Notes under the pieces: model-generated | Told to the model about the DNA's origin: nothing | Database searches by the model: none | The model's input: only the letters and a program-made list of their open reading frames with translations | NCBI GenBank assembly: GCA_948466395.1 | Contig: CAOKAG010000001.1 | Location: 14,584-78,583, forward strand | Origin: an uncultured Mycoplasmatota bacterium | GTDB lineage: Bacteria > Bacillota_I > Bacilli_A > RF39 > UBA660 | Length of the DNA stretch: 64,000 bases | Reading direction: 5' to 3' | Translations under genes and position numbers: made by a program | Part shown: positions 1 to 8,469 of the stretch, one piece after another | Layout of the letters: each line of letters begins with the position of its first letter | Numbering within the stretch: position 1 is the stretch's first letter

Positions 1-2
1 CA

Positions 3-965
3 CTATCTAGCACCTTGTTGTTTCTGTCTTTCCATAGCCCTATTGTAATAGTCTAATGCTTTGTAAATGTGTTTTACCCATTCAGTTGTTGGCATACCAC
101 TGGGCATTTTAGGTTTTAAGTCTTTAAAATCCAATTTTAGTTTTTCAACTTGATTAGGTTTTTCACGGCTCATTATTTCTTCGATTTTATCTTCATCTAA
201 TTTACCGTTCTTACTTAAATCTTTCATTTCTTGGGCTTGGGATACAGTTGGTGTAGCAACATTACATTCCATACTATCTAAAAGCCATTCTTGTTCTTGT
301 TTAGTAAGGAACGATATTTCATACGCAGGACTTAATGCTATACTCGGTGAAATATTAAGTGAATCATTATCTACCATATCAAGTAATGGTTTTATCAGTT
401 CAGTAAGTCTTATAAATCTATGAACATTAGACTTACTTTCTCCAACTTCTTCTGCTAATATCTCAAGAGATTTTTTGCCAGACAACTTGTTACCGACTTG
501 GGAACAAGTTAAATCATTTCTTTGTCCTTGATGTGTCATTGCTTCCAACTTCATTTTATAAGCATAGGCTCGTTCACTAGGTAAGATATGTTCTCTTTGT
601 AAGTTACTATCTACCATTATTATAGTGGCTTCATCATCTGTAAGGTTTCTGACAATACACGGCATAGTTTCTTTGTTAGCAATTTCACTTGCCTTTTTTC
701 TTCTATGTCCGGAAATCATTTGATACTTACCATTTGGAAGTGGTCTAACAAGTACAGGTAATAATACACCATACTCACTTATGCTTTGTGCCATTTCTTG
801 CATTTCTTCATTCACAATTACCTTAAATGGGTGATTTGGGAAATCTTGAATATCTGTTAGTGATATATCAACAACTTTTTCTAAACTACTATCTTGTCGT
901 TCTTGTTCTGTTGTAAATAAGTCATCTAACTTTGGCAACGGCATTTTTATATCGCTCTTTGCCAT
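3..965 (-). CDS. parB: ParB/RepB/Spo0J-family partition protein of the plasmid/ICE type. Start refined to the ATG preceded by AAAGGAGGTG; the ORF-track start at 1031 is probably too long.
   Basis: GHRRKKAS ParB-box region and an HTH region; RBS plus ATG MAKSDIKMPLPKLDDLF; a long, non-Spo0J C-terminal tail; overlaps the parA stop. Confidence 0.8.
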   Translation of the reverse strand: MAKSDIKMPLPKLDDLFTTEQERQDSSLEKVVDISLTDIQDFPNHPFKVIVNEEMQEMAQSISEYGVLLPVLVRPLPNGKYQMISGHRRKKASEIANKETMPCIVRNLTDDEATIIMVDSNLQREHILPSERAYAYKMKLEAMTHQGQRNDLTCSQVGNKLSGKKSLEILAEEVGESKSNVHRFIRLTELIKPLLDMVDNDSLNISPSIALSPAYEISFLTKQEQEWLLDSMECNVATPTVSQAQEMKDLSKNGKLDEDKIEEIMSREKPNQVEKLKLDFKDLKPKMPSGMPTTEWVKHIYKALDYYNRAMERQKQQGAR

Positions 966-1752
966 TTTCAAGCACCTCCTTTGCAAACGAAGAATATGCT
1001 TCTGCCACTTTGCTATTTTTATCATACTCAAAGATACTATTTCCAGTAGAAGTTGCTTCTGCTGTCTTTATTGCAAAAGGTATTTGTGTATCATAAAACT
1101 TAACTGCACTTCCATAATTTTCTTGTAGTTGTATTCTCATTTCTTTTGATAAGTTAGTTCTCTTATCTACTAGAGTAATTAAAACGCCATCTACTTTTAA
1201 TTTAGGATTGATTTGATTTCTTACTTTACTAACAGTCTTTAATAGTTCGGTCATTCCCATAGCAGAAAGATATTGACTTTGCATTGGGATTATAACACTA
1301 TCGGCACTTGCTAACGCATTAACTGTTAGTATTCCTAAAGATGGCTGACAGTCTATAAGAATATAATCATAATTTTCTTTTACTTTAGATAAACAGTTTC
1401 TCATAGTGTACTCCCTACTCATAGCACTAAACAATGACATTTCTAATACTGATAATCTTAAATTAGATGGAATTAAATCTATATTTTCTTGATGGTGTAA
1501 TATAGATTCACTTGTCTGGATATTTTCATCATTCATTGACTGTTCCATTAAATTAGCAATAGTTATCGGTATTTTATCAAGTTCTCGCCAACCCATAGAA
1601 ATCGTAAGACTTCCCTGTGGATCTGTATCAACTACTAATACTTTTTTGCCTTCCTTTGCTAAAGCAACACCTAGACTAAAAGTTGTGGTGGTCTTGCCCA
1701 CTCCACCTTTCTGATTAGCCACTGCAATAACTTTGCATTGCGACATATACAT
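922..1752 (-). CDS. parA: ParA/Soj-family partition ATPase
   Basis: Deviant Walker A KGGVGKTTTTFSLGVALA; AGGAGG RBS before MYMSQCKV; its 3' end overlaps parB. Confidence 0.85.
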   Translation of the reverse strand: MYMSQCKVIAVANQKGGVGKTTTTFSLGVALAKEGKKVLVVDTDPQGSLTISMGWRELDKIPITIANLMEQSMNDENIQTSESILHHQENIDLIPSNLRLSVLEMSLFSAMSREYTMRNCLSKVKENYDYILIDCQPSLGILTVNALASADSVIIPMQSQYLSAMGMTELLKTVSKVRNQINPKLKVDGVLITLVDKRTNLSKEMRIQLQENYGSAVKFYDTQIPFAIKTAEATSTGNSIFEYDKNSKVAEAYSSFAKEVLENGKERYKNAVAKVR

Positions 1753-1860
1753 TTTCCTCCTTTCTTTAAACTCTAGCCACTCTATAAAAATAAAATGGCT
1801 ATGTATGGGCATAAAAAAAGAACTGACTATTTCTAACCAGTTCAAAGTATGTTTATAAAA

Positions 1861-2028
1861 TTATCTTTTATTTGCCAACTTTAATAGCAATTTATCAATA
1901 TAATAAGTATCTTCATTATCTTTAATCAGTTTGTTTCTAAACTCTACTAATTCATCTATAATTATTCTATATTCATTATAATTTACTTTAAGTTTTATTT
2001 TTTTCATAAAAATTACACTTCCATTCAT
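1861..2028 (-). CDS. Small hypothetical ORF of about 48 to 55 aa (MKKIKLKVNYNEYRIIIDELVEFRNKLIKDNEDTYYIDKLLLKLANKR) immediately upstream of parA. Not in the ORF track because it is under 60 aa.
   Basis: Manual translation of the reverse strand; weak RBS; co-oriented with parAB. Confidence 0.2.
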   Translation of the reverse strand: MNGSVIFMKKIKLKVNYNEYRIIIDELVEFRNKLIKDNEDTYYIDKLLLKLANKR

Positions 2029-2115
2029 AAATATAGTATAATATGAATTGGTATTAAAATAAAAATGTGTGTTCTACTTTTTAAATGAATTTATCGACAA
2101 TTTATAGGGGGTTGC

Positions 2116-2340
2116 AATGTCGTAATCACCTTTCTAATTCTCATCATAAATATCATTAAAATCACTATGTTTTTATCAATTTTTAGTAATTTTACCACTT
2201 TTTACATTAAAATGTGCAAGATCTAAAATCAAAGAAAGCCTTTATTTATAAGGGTTTGCTAGGGGGTTGCAATAAATCGTAATCAACCAGTTTATATTTG
2301 TCGTATTTTGTCGATTATTTTCCATTTTTTCACTTCCTTA
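2116..2340. repeat. Cassette 3'-flank repeat, copy 1. About 225 bp, roughly 80% identical to 4156..4380.
   Basis: Direct by-eye alignment. Shared blocks include aatgtcgtaatcacc, actatgtttttat, aatgtgcaagatctaaaatc, tctttatttataa and ttgtcgattatt. Confidence 0.8.
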
Positions 2341-2857
2341 GTTTTTTTATTATTTTTCTTTCTTCTAATGATAAAATCTCACTTGCTTGTTCATCATATA
2401 AATTATTTGCTAATTCTACTGATGCTTCTAATAAAGATTGTAGATTTTCGTAAGGAATTTTGTCATAGTCTAATCTATACAACCAATCAAGATACTTAAT
2501 TTTAGAAGCATCATTTGGTCTTCCATAAACAACTTTTCCACTATGTAACCAATATCCGAATTCAACATTTGTGGTAAAGGCCGCCATATCTGGTAATTTT
2601 CTAGGTACCCAAAATAAAATTACTGTAGCATCTGTTAACGCTATTCTTTCCCACATTGCTTGATCAACATAGTCTTCTTTAGGTTTCCAAGTGGAGTATT
2701 CAGGAACATAAACTACTCCATCAAAGCCCATTTGTTCTAAATTTTGACAAGCTTCTGTTCTCCAAGAAACAACATTTTCACCTCGTGGAGTTGGGCCTGC
2801 TAAAAATATAGATTTTTTCCCCTTTATAACTTCTTGATCTGAATAATTAATTATCAT
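2330..2857 (-). CDS. Nucleoside 2-deoxyribosyltransferase-like (SLOG-superfamily) protein; cargo of cassette 1.
   Basis: FLAGPTPRG...ILFWVPR...TTNVEFGYW motifs resemble the Nuc_deoxyribosyltransferase-2-like family; RBS AAGAGG before the ATG; conserved 5' and 3' flanks shared with the gene at 4391..5407. Confidence 0.5.
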   Translation of the reverse strand: MIINYSDQEVIKGKKSIFLAGPTPRGENVVSWRTEACQNLEQMGFDGVVYVPEYSTWKPKEDYVDQAMWERIALTDATVILFWVPRKLPDMAAFTTNVEFGYWLHSGKVVYGRPNDASKIKYLDWLYRLDYDKIPYENLQSLLEASVELANNLYDEQASEILSLEERKIIKKLRK

Positions 2858-3180
2858 ATTATGCCTCTTTCATATTTATCTATATAAATTCTTTAAAACC
2901 TTAGTCAAACAATCATCAACAGTTTTATCTGTTTCAGAAAATCTAATTCTAACTAATTTTCTTTTTACCTTAAATATATAAGGATGCTTTGTCCTCACTA
3001 AAAAACGCCAATATTCTTTCATTACTAGGTTTTCTTTTGTTTATTTTTATATCTGTTATTTCATCCACATCTCCTAAATTTACATCATCAGATTTATATT
3101 TCTACATCTTTCTAATTTTTCTACTAATTCTTCAATATTATATTTATTCATAAATTCACACTCCATATTAATTATAAATT
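2858..3180. repeat. Cassette 5'-flank repeat, copy 1. Homologous to 5408..5625, with an extra ~100-bp insertion at about 2906..3007. Contains a degenerate leader-ORF remnant.
   Basis: Blocks tctatataaattctttaaaacctt and aatattctttcattactaggttt...ttatttttatatctgttatttcat...cacatct..ctaaa...ttcaatattatatttatt are shared with copy 2. Confidence 0.75.
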
Positions 3181-4127
3181 CAAATACAATTAATGTTAAA
3201 TGTATACTTCTTATATGCAAGTTCTTGAGCTACTTTATGAGATACTTTTCCTGTATCATGCAGTATTTCTTGCCCATTAAATTGTAAAAATGCATCCAAT
3301 TTTTCTACCCAATCTTTCATTGTCATCGCATTATGATTTTCTGCTTGTAATTCAGCATAATCTAAATACATAGTAACTATTCTATTTAAGTTTTTTAATT
3401 CTTTTTCTGTCAAATAATTTTTAGCAATATCAACATCATATTTATAAATTGGTCCATTTGGAGAACCTGTCCAATTCGTTAAACCCATATTATCTTTTTC
3501 TGAATCAACTCTATTATAAATAATCTCCGCAGCAGTATTACCAATGACCGAATAATGAAGTTTGTTCTGCACAGTTTTAAAAAAAGTTTTAGTTATTTCA
3601 GAATCTTTATCATAATCGATACTACAAAATGAATATATATCTGTTATTTTTTGATAAAATCTTCTTTCGCTAGACCTGATATTCCTAATTCTTTCTAGTG
3701 TTCTTTCAAAATAATCTTCTCAAAAAAAATAGTTCGGATTTTTTAATCTCTCGTCATCTATAACAACACCAGTAATTAGATATTCTTTTAAAACTTTTGT
3801 TGCCCATATTCTAAACTGTGTTGCCTTTTTTGAATTAACACGATAACCAATCGCAATAATCATATCTAAATTGTATATTTTAGATTTTCTTCCACCTGTA
3901 CTTTCGTCGGAAATTCCGACAGAAGTTTTTTCATTAAGTTCACCACTATTTATTATATTATTAATATGCTCAGTTATTGTACTTCTTCCTACTCCAAATA
4001 ATTCAGCAATTAAATTTTGTGTTAACCAAATATCATTATTAATTAATAATACATTTACTTTAATATCGTTATTATCATCACGATAAATTAAAAAATCATG
4101 AGTAGTTATTTGTAAATCATTTTTCAT
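3180..4127 (-). pseudogene. rhuM: RhuM-family (virulence protein RhuM-like) gene interrupted by a single in-frame TGA at 3720..3722. The N-terminal part (3720..4127) and C-terminal part (3180..3572) are in the same frame.
   Basis: Translating through the gap gives a continuous RhuM-like sequence ...NPNYFF*EDYFERTLERIRNIRSSERRFYQKITDIY...TVQNKLHYSVIGNTAAEII...; the stop sits where family members have Gly (GGA to TGA). Confidence 0.7.
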
Positions 4128-4155
4128 TTATATTCACCTCTTTCTTATGTTCTTA

Positions 4156-4380
4156 AATGTCGTATTCACCTATCTAATTCCTATTATAAATAATGCCAAA
4201 ATTACTATGTTTTTATGAATTTTTATTGTTTTTTACCATTTTTTAATGGTAATATGCAAGACATAAAATCGAAGCAAGTCTTTATTTATAAAGATTTGAC
4301 TATGGTTTTACAGTTATCCCGATATCCATTTTATATTGGTTGTATTATGTCGATTATTGTTGTTCATATATATCACTTCC
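4156..4380. repeat. Cassette 3'-flank repeat, copy 2.
   Basis: Aligns with 2116..2340. Confidence 0.8.
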
Positions 4381-4390
4381 TTTTTTTCCA

Positions 4391-5407
4391 TTATATTTCA
4401 ATATCTATACCAATATTTTCAAGTTTTGCCTTTTCAATTAACTCTATCGCTAAAGCTAAATCTTGCAAAAATATACCAGTGGAATCAAATATAGTTATAT
4501 CTTTATCACTAGTTCGCCCCTTTTTTTGATTCAATATTACTTCTCCTATTTCACCATCTATTGATGAAATAATACTATTCCTAAATGCTGTTTGCATTTC
4601 ACCATTTTCAATACATTGTTTCGTATCGTCAGCAAATATGATCGCTTTTTTAAATGTTTCCGAATCTATTTCTTGTTTATTGGGCATACCGCCTCCCATA
4701 CAACTAAAGTGCGTTCCTTCTTTAACCCAATCAACTTTAATCATTGATTTTTCTGATGGGGTTGCTGTGATAATAATATCACTTTCTTTGACACTTTCTT
4801 CTATATTTTCTGAACTTATAATAGTTGCTTTTATAGTTTTATTAGATAAATCCAAAATACTTTGTACATCACTTTTAAGTTTTTTAACTTTTTCAACCAA
4901 ACCAGTATTATTTTTAGGATTACAGACAATAACATTTTCGATTTGAGGCATTGCAATTAAGATTGCAGCAATAGAATGTAAAGCCACATTTCCACATCCT
5001 ACTATTAATACATTTTTTGAATCTTTTCTTGCTAAATATTTCGCCCCTATTGCTGCAGCGGCACCAGTTCTAAAAGCTGTAATCGATGCAACATTCACTA
5101 AAGCTGTAGGTTGACCTGTAATAGAATTAAAAATTAAACCTGTAGCATTTACTTTTGGTAGATTTTTTTTCAAATTGTTTTCATTATAAGAAATTACCTT
5201 TAATCCAAAAGAGTTATAGCCATCTAAATTTCCAGACCTTATGTCTAAATCAAAAATATTGTGTTCGTATTCGTAAAAAATTAAAGGCCATACATGACTA
5301 TTAGTACTATTTTTCTCTCTATATGCATTTTCTACTGCTCGAATGGCTAATTCCATATCTATTAGGCTATTTACATCATTCTCATTTAATACTTTTATTT
5401 TTGTCAT
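4391..5407 (-). CDS. Ornithine cyclodeaminase / mu-crystallin-family NAD(P)-dependent enzyme; cargo of cassette 2.
   Basis: Rossmann GCGNVA motif; AFRTGAAAAIGAKYLARKDSK is typical of the OCD/mu-crystallin family; RBS AAGAGGAAAA before the ATG. Confidence 0.8.
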   Translation of the reverse strand: MTKIKVLNENDVNSLIDMELAIRAVENAYREKNSTNSHVWPLIFYEYEHNIFDLDIRSGNLDGYNSFGLKVISYNENNLKKNLPKVNATGLIFNSITGQPTALVNVASITAFRTGAAAAIGAKYLARKDSKNVLIVGCGNVALHSIAAILIAMPQIENVIVCNPKNNTGLVEKVKKLKSDVQSILDLSNKTIKATIISSENIEESVKESDIIITATPSEKSMIKVDWVKEGTHFSCMGGGMPNKQEIDSETFKKAIIFADDTKQCIENGEMQTAFRNSIISSIDGEIGEVILNQKKGRTSDKDITIFDSTGIFLQDLALAIELIEKAKLENIGIDIEI

Positions 5408-5625
5408 ATTTTTTCCTCTTATCTATATAAATTCTTTAAAACCTTTCAATAATAAATCCAATATTTTTCATTACTAGGTTTCTTCTATCTATTTTTATAT
5501 CTGTTATTTCATTCACATCTTCTAAAATTACGTCATTAAGGGTTACATTTCTAGAACGTTCTAACTTTTCTTTTAATTCATTAATATTATATTTATTCCT
5601 ATTCTACCTTCTCTATAATAATTTT
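5408..5625. repeat. Cassette 5'-flank repeat, copy 2. Carries an intact-frame but start-less leader-ORF remnant NKYNINELKEKLERSRNVTLNDVILEDVNEITDIKIDRRNLVMKNIGFIIERF.
   Basis: Aligns with 2858..3180. Confidence 0.75.
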
Positions 5626-5743
5626 ATCTTTTGTGCATTATTCAATATGTCAAGTTAACATTTTTCAATGTAATTCTAAATTAGATAACAACATCTCTAA
5701 TATTTGAGTGTTTGTGAACTTAGGATTCAGTTCTCTCCATCTT

Positions 5744-6187
5744 CTATTTATTATTATCCTCTTTTTTAATGTATTTTTCTATTTTTTTGACATAAGCTTC
5801 TTTAAGGTTTTCTCCAAATTTCGGTTTAAATTGGTCTAAGTACTCTAAAATTAAATCCGCATAGTCTTCTATTTTTTCATCTTTTACTATCTTTGCTAAA
5901 TATTTATTAATTCCTTTTTGGCTATTTATTCTTTCTATATAAAAAGCTAAAAGATTTGTAGTACCTATTTTTTCTTTAGCGGTGGAAACAATGGAATAAA
6001 GTTTTTCTCTCGAAACAGAATAGCGTGGTTTAAAACCTCCAGCTCTGGAAAACATAATTAAAGCACAACCTATAAAAAGTTTATCTGTTCCATTTTGAGG
6101 AAACGTTTTGTGAGTAAATTCAATTAAACTCTCTTTATTTCCTTTTTCAAAGTCATCATAAAGTTCCATTAAAATTCGATTTATCAA
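5744..6187 (-). CDS. Hypothetical protein (147 aa)
   Basis: ORF with coding-like composition; last gene of the co-oriented lepB...Qng1 run; no family recognised. Confidence 0.45.
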   Translation of the reverse strand: MINRILMELYDDFEKGNKESLIEFTHKTFPQNGTDKLFIGCALIMFSRAGGFKPRYSVSREKLYSIVSTAKEKIGTTNLLAFYIERINSQKGINKYLAKIVKDEKIEDYADLILEYLDQFKPKFGENLKEAYVKKIEKYIKKEDNNK

Positions 6188-6208
6188 AAATCAACACCTC
6201 ATTTTTGG

Positions 6209-6901
6209 TTATTTTAATTTTTTATAGAAATCCTCTCGCCAATTGCTTCTTTTTCCATTTTTTCTTATGTAATTCAATGAACCATAGCAAGTCTTTGGAT
6301 CACTTAAAAATTCTATTTTTTCTATTTCATCTAATTCAATACGCCAGACACATCCTTGTAAAATATCGCTTTCTTCTGTGATACACAAATCAAAACTTTT
6401 TTTAATTTCATTACAAATATTTAAATAATCTTTATCCATCCGATGGGATTCATATTTATCTGGTCTAGATAGAGCTTTTAATTCTTCTTTTGTAATGTTT
6501 AGTTTTTGTAATTTTTTATCAAATCTTTCTTTATCTAAAAGATTTTTAGGAATGTACATATTATTTAATAAAAAAGAATATCTTCTAAAATCAGTAATGA
6601 AAATTTCTTTTTTAGGTTTATTAAATGTTATTTTCACATCAAAACCTTTCACAGGTGTACCTTTATGTTTAGGAGGACAAATTCCGTTGTAACACTTTAC
6701 CCAACACCAAATGGGATAGTGAATTTGATGGGGATTATTAAGAACTTTATTCATTTTTTCTATAACCCAAGAATAGGTTGCTTCACTCTTTTTCAAGTCT
6801 ATAAAGTTTGAATTCGCTTCTAGATAGCCTTTGTTTAATAAATCTTTTAAAGCGTTTAAAGATTGAAATGTTATGAGTTTCATTTGCTTGTTTCCTTTCA
6901 C
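6209..6901 (-). CDS. DUF3841-like hypothetical protein
   Basis: Conserved aromatic motif HYPIWCW near residue 60 recalls the DUF3841 family. This is from memory, not a search. Confidence 0.45.
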   Translation of the reverse strand: MKGNKQMKLITFQSLNALKDLLNKGYLEANSNFIDLKKSEATYSWVIEKMNKVLNNPHQIHYPIWCWVKCYNGICPPKHKGTPVKGFDVKITFNKPKKEIFITDFRRYSFLLNNMYIPKNLLDKERFDKKLQKLNITKEELKALSRPDKYESHRMDKDYLNICNEIKKSFDLCITEESDILQGCVWRIELDEIEKIEFLSDPKTCYGSLNYIRKNGKRSNWREDFYKKLK

Positions 6902-7037
6902 TTGTGTTTATTATATCACGTCTTTTTATAACTTCGAAAATAATCTTTAATATAAAAAACAAATCTTTAGTAAGAATTGTTTCTTTCACTTTAAGAGTTA
7001 AAATTTTATAGGCATTTTTTTAATCTCTTCTTTATTT

Positions 7038-7982
7038 TTAATAAGAAGTGGTTCGAGTTAAATGATAAGGTTTAGTCTTTTTGGTTTTATTTTGACTCCT
7101 ATTCCAGATAAAGTTATTAATATCCATTCTGTCTATTTTACCTCGCATTTTTTCATGAATATAATTTATGACGATAAGCATACTCGCTCTAATTTCCACT
7201 TCGTCTTCATTATTTTCGAGTATTTCAATTTTATTGATGATTTTATTTTCTAGTTCTTTATTGTATTCTAAAATACCTAAATCATGCATAACTTGAGGAA
7301 TCTTATAATCCGCACACCCCAAAAGACTTGAATAATCGACGTTTTTTTGTTCTTTTCTTTCTATGACATATAAAATATCAGAGGTTAAAAGTTGTGCTAA
7401 TTTGTAAAAATAAATCGTTTTATTTTTATAAGTTCTTATATCATCAAAACAAGGAAAGTTCTCTATAATTGTATTAAATATTTCTATATCGGAATTCATT
7501 TCTTTTATCCATTCATAAAAATTGCTATTCATTTTTTCATTTACTCTTTTAACTATTTCAATGACTCTTTTGTATCTTTCTTCTAAAAGAGGAATTTCAA
7601 CATTTCCTTTTAAAATTTCTTTAAATTTTTCAAGGGTCATTTTTTCTAAACGCTTATAAACTTCTACACTATCACGCTTTTCAAATAAATTAAAAATACA
7701 ATGTAAAAGTGCCATTCCTCCATCTAGTTGTTTACTATCTGTTGTAATGGTCCATTTAGGCTCTCCCCAAAAAGAAAAATCTATAGCGTCATAGATGAGA
7801 AGAAAATTTACAATGTCTTTCGTATTCATTTCGTAAATAGGATAAGGAACTTTTGTGAGATAATGGCTCTTTTCAAATTTAGCAAATTCTTCGATTAATT
7901 CATTGGCTTTTTCATAATTAATTTTTACATATTTGGCCTTATCTACTACAAACTGGTTGGTTTCTAATACTTTACTTAACAT
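7038..7982 (-). CDS. Qng1/DUF2419-like queuosine-salvage protein (queuosine 5'-phosphate N-glycosylase/hydrolase family)
   Basis: IYDAIDFSFWG and GCADYKIPQVMHDLGIL motifs are characteristic of the DUF2419/Qng1 family (IDF..FW and ADY.IPQ). Confidence 0.55.
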   Translation of the reverse strand: MLSKVLETNQFVVDKAKYVKINYEKANELIEEFAKFEKSHYLTKVPYPIYEMNTKDIVNFLLIYDAIDFSFWGEPKWTITTDSKQLDGGMALLHCIFNLFEKRDSVEVYKRLEKMTLEKFKEILKGNVEIPLLEERYKRVIEIVKRVNEKMNSNFYEWIKEMNSDIEIFNTIIENFPCFDDIRTYKNKTIYFYKLAQLLTSDILYVIERKEQKNVDYSSLLGCADYKIPQVMHDLGILEYNKELENKIINKIEILENNEDEVEIRASMLIVINYIHEKMRGKIDRMDINNFIWNRSQNKTKKTKPYHLTRTTSY

Positions 7983-8003
7983 CTTTTTTCTTCCTTTCTT
8001 TTA

Positions 8004-8465
8004 TTACTTTTTTATTAAGCCCCCACTACATTTTAAGACATAGATTTTTTTATCGTTTTTATAAATGGTCTCTGTCCCATTAAAATAAAACAAATCTCCT
8101 TCTACTTCAAACGTGTATTTGTATTCTCCGTTTATCCATTCTCTTGGTCCTCTAACAGGAATGGTGTCATCGCTTCCTACTTGCATTAATGCGGGTCTTA
8201 AAGCTTTATCCATGGCTTCTTCACTTAAGGTTTCATCCAAAGTTACCCCATAATAATTCATTCCCCAATAGATTTCTTTGTCTTTATAGATGACTTCTTC
8301 TCCAATAAAATTGGTTCCTCCAAAATAGGTGTCATGATAAATCATATTCTCTTTTTGGTAGTCGTAATCATTTGAATTTAATCGGGTACTTGCTGTTTTT
8401 CTTGTCTTTCCATTTGCATAAGTTTGTTTTTTGGCCTCTATTAAAAATTCTTCAATTTTTTTCAT
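8004..8465 (-). CDS. DUF5680-like hypothetical protein
   Basis: YHDTYFGGTNFIGEE...WGMNYYG...GEYKYTF pattern recalled from the DUF5680 family; low certainty. Confidence 0.4.
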   Translation of the reverse strand: MKKIEEFLIEAKKQTYANGKTRKTASTRLNSNDYDYQKENMIYHDTYFGGTNFIGEEVIYKDKEIYWGMNYYGVTLDETLSEEAMDKALRPALMQVGSDDTIPVRGPREWINGEYKYTFEVEGDLFYFNGTETIYKNDKKIYVLKCSGGLIKK

Positions 8466-8469
8466 TTTT

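Noticed and set aside
3720-3722. In-frame TGA in RhuM as evidence for genetic code 4 (TGA = Trp, Mollicutes-like)
   Set aside because: Long housekeeping ORFs (polA, lon, parC, pbp genes) are intact under the standard code and use TGG for Trp, and the aligned position in RhuM homologues is Gly, not Trp. This is an ordinary nonsense mutation or an assembly error.
2308-4946. Plus-strand ORFs 2308..2499, 3871..4086, 4215..4529 and 4638..4946, and the many similar 60 to 100-aa antisense ORFs throughout (for example 6495..6692, 7062..7253, 10864..11127, 11267..11554, 12102..12329, 23649..23840, 24238..24549, 31518..31727, 36473..36661, 43572..43805, 46652..46882, 47555..47818, 48434..48739, 50779..51009, 54367..54615, 57505..57792, 60733..61047, 62825..63022)
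   Set aside because: They overlap well-supported genes on the opposite strand or lie inside the conserved cassette flanks. They have low-complexity Leu/Phe/Ser/Ile-rich compositions typical of antisense frames in AT-rich DNA, and no RBS.
2100-5640. Classical integron (attC-bounded cassettes)
   Set aside because: No intI-type integrase is in the window; the conserved flanks are about 225 bp and 220 to 320 bp, far larger than attC sites, and lack the R''/L''-L'/R' inverted-repeat structure. Cargo genes have their own RBS but the flanks also carry ORF remnants. I report it as a cassette-like array only.
6783-6989. 68-aa ORF overlapping the 5' end of the DUF3841-like gene
   Set aside because: It is an alternative frame across the gene start and intergenic region; no RBS and a basic low-complexity composition.
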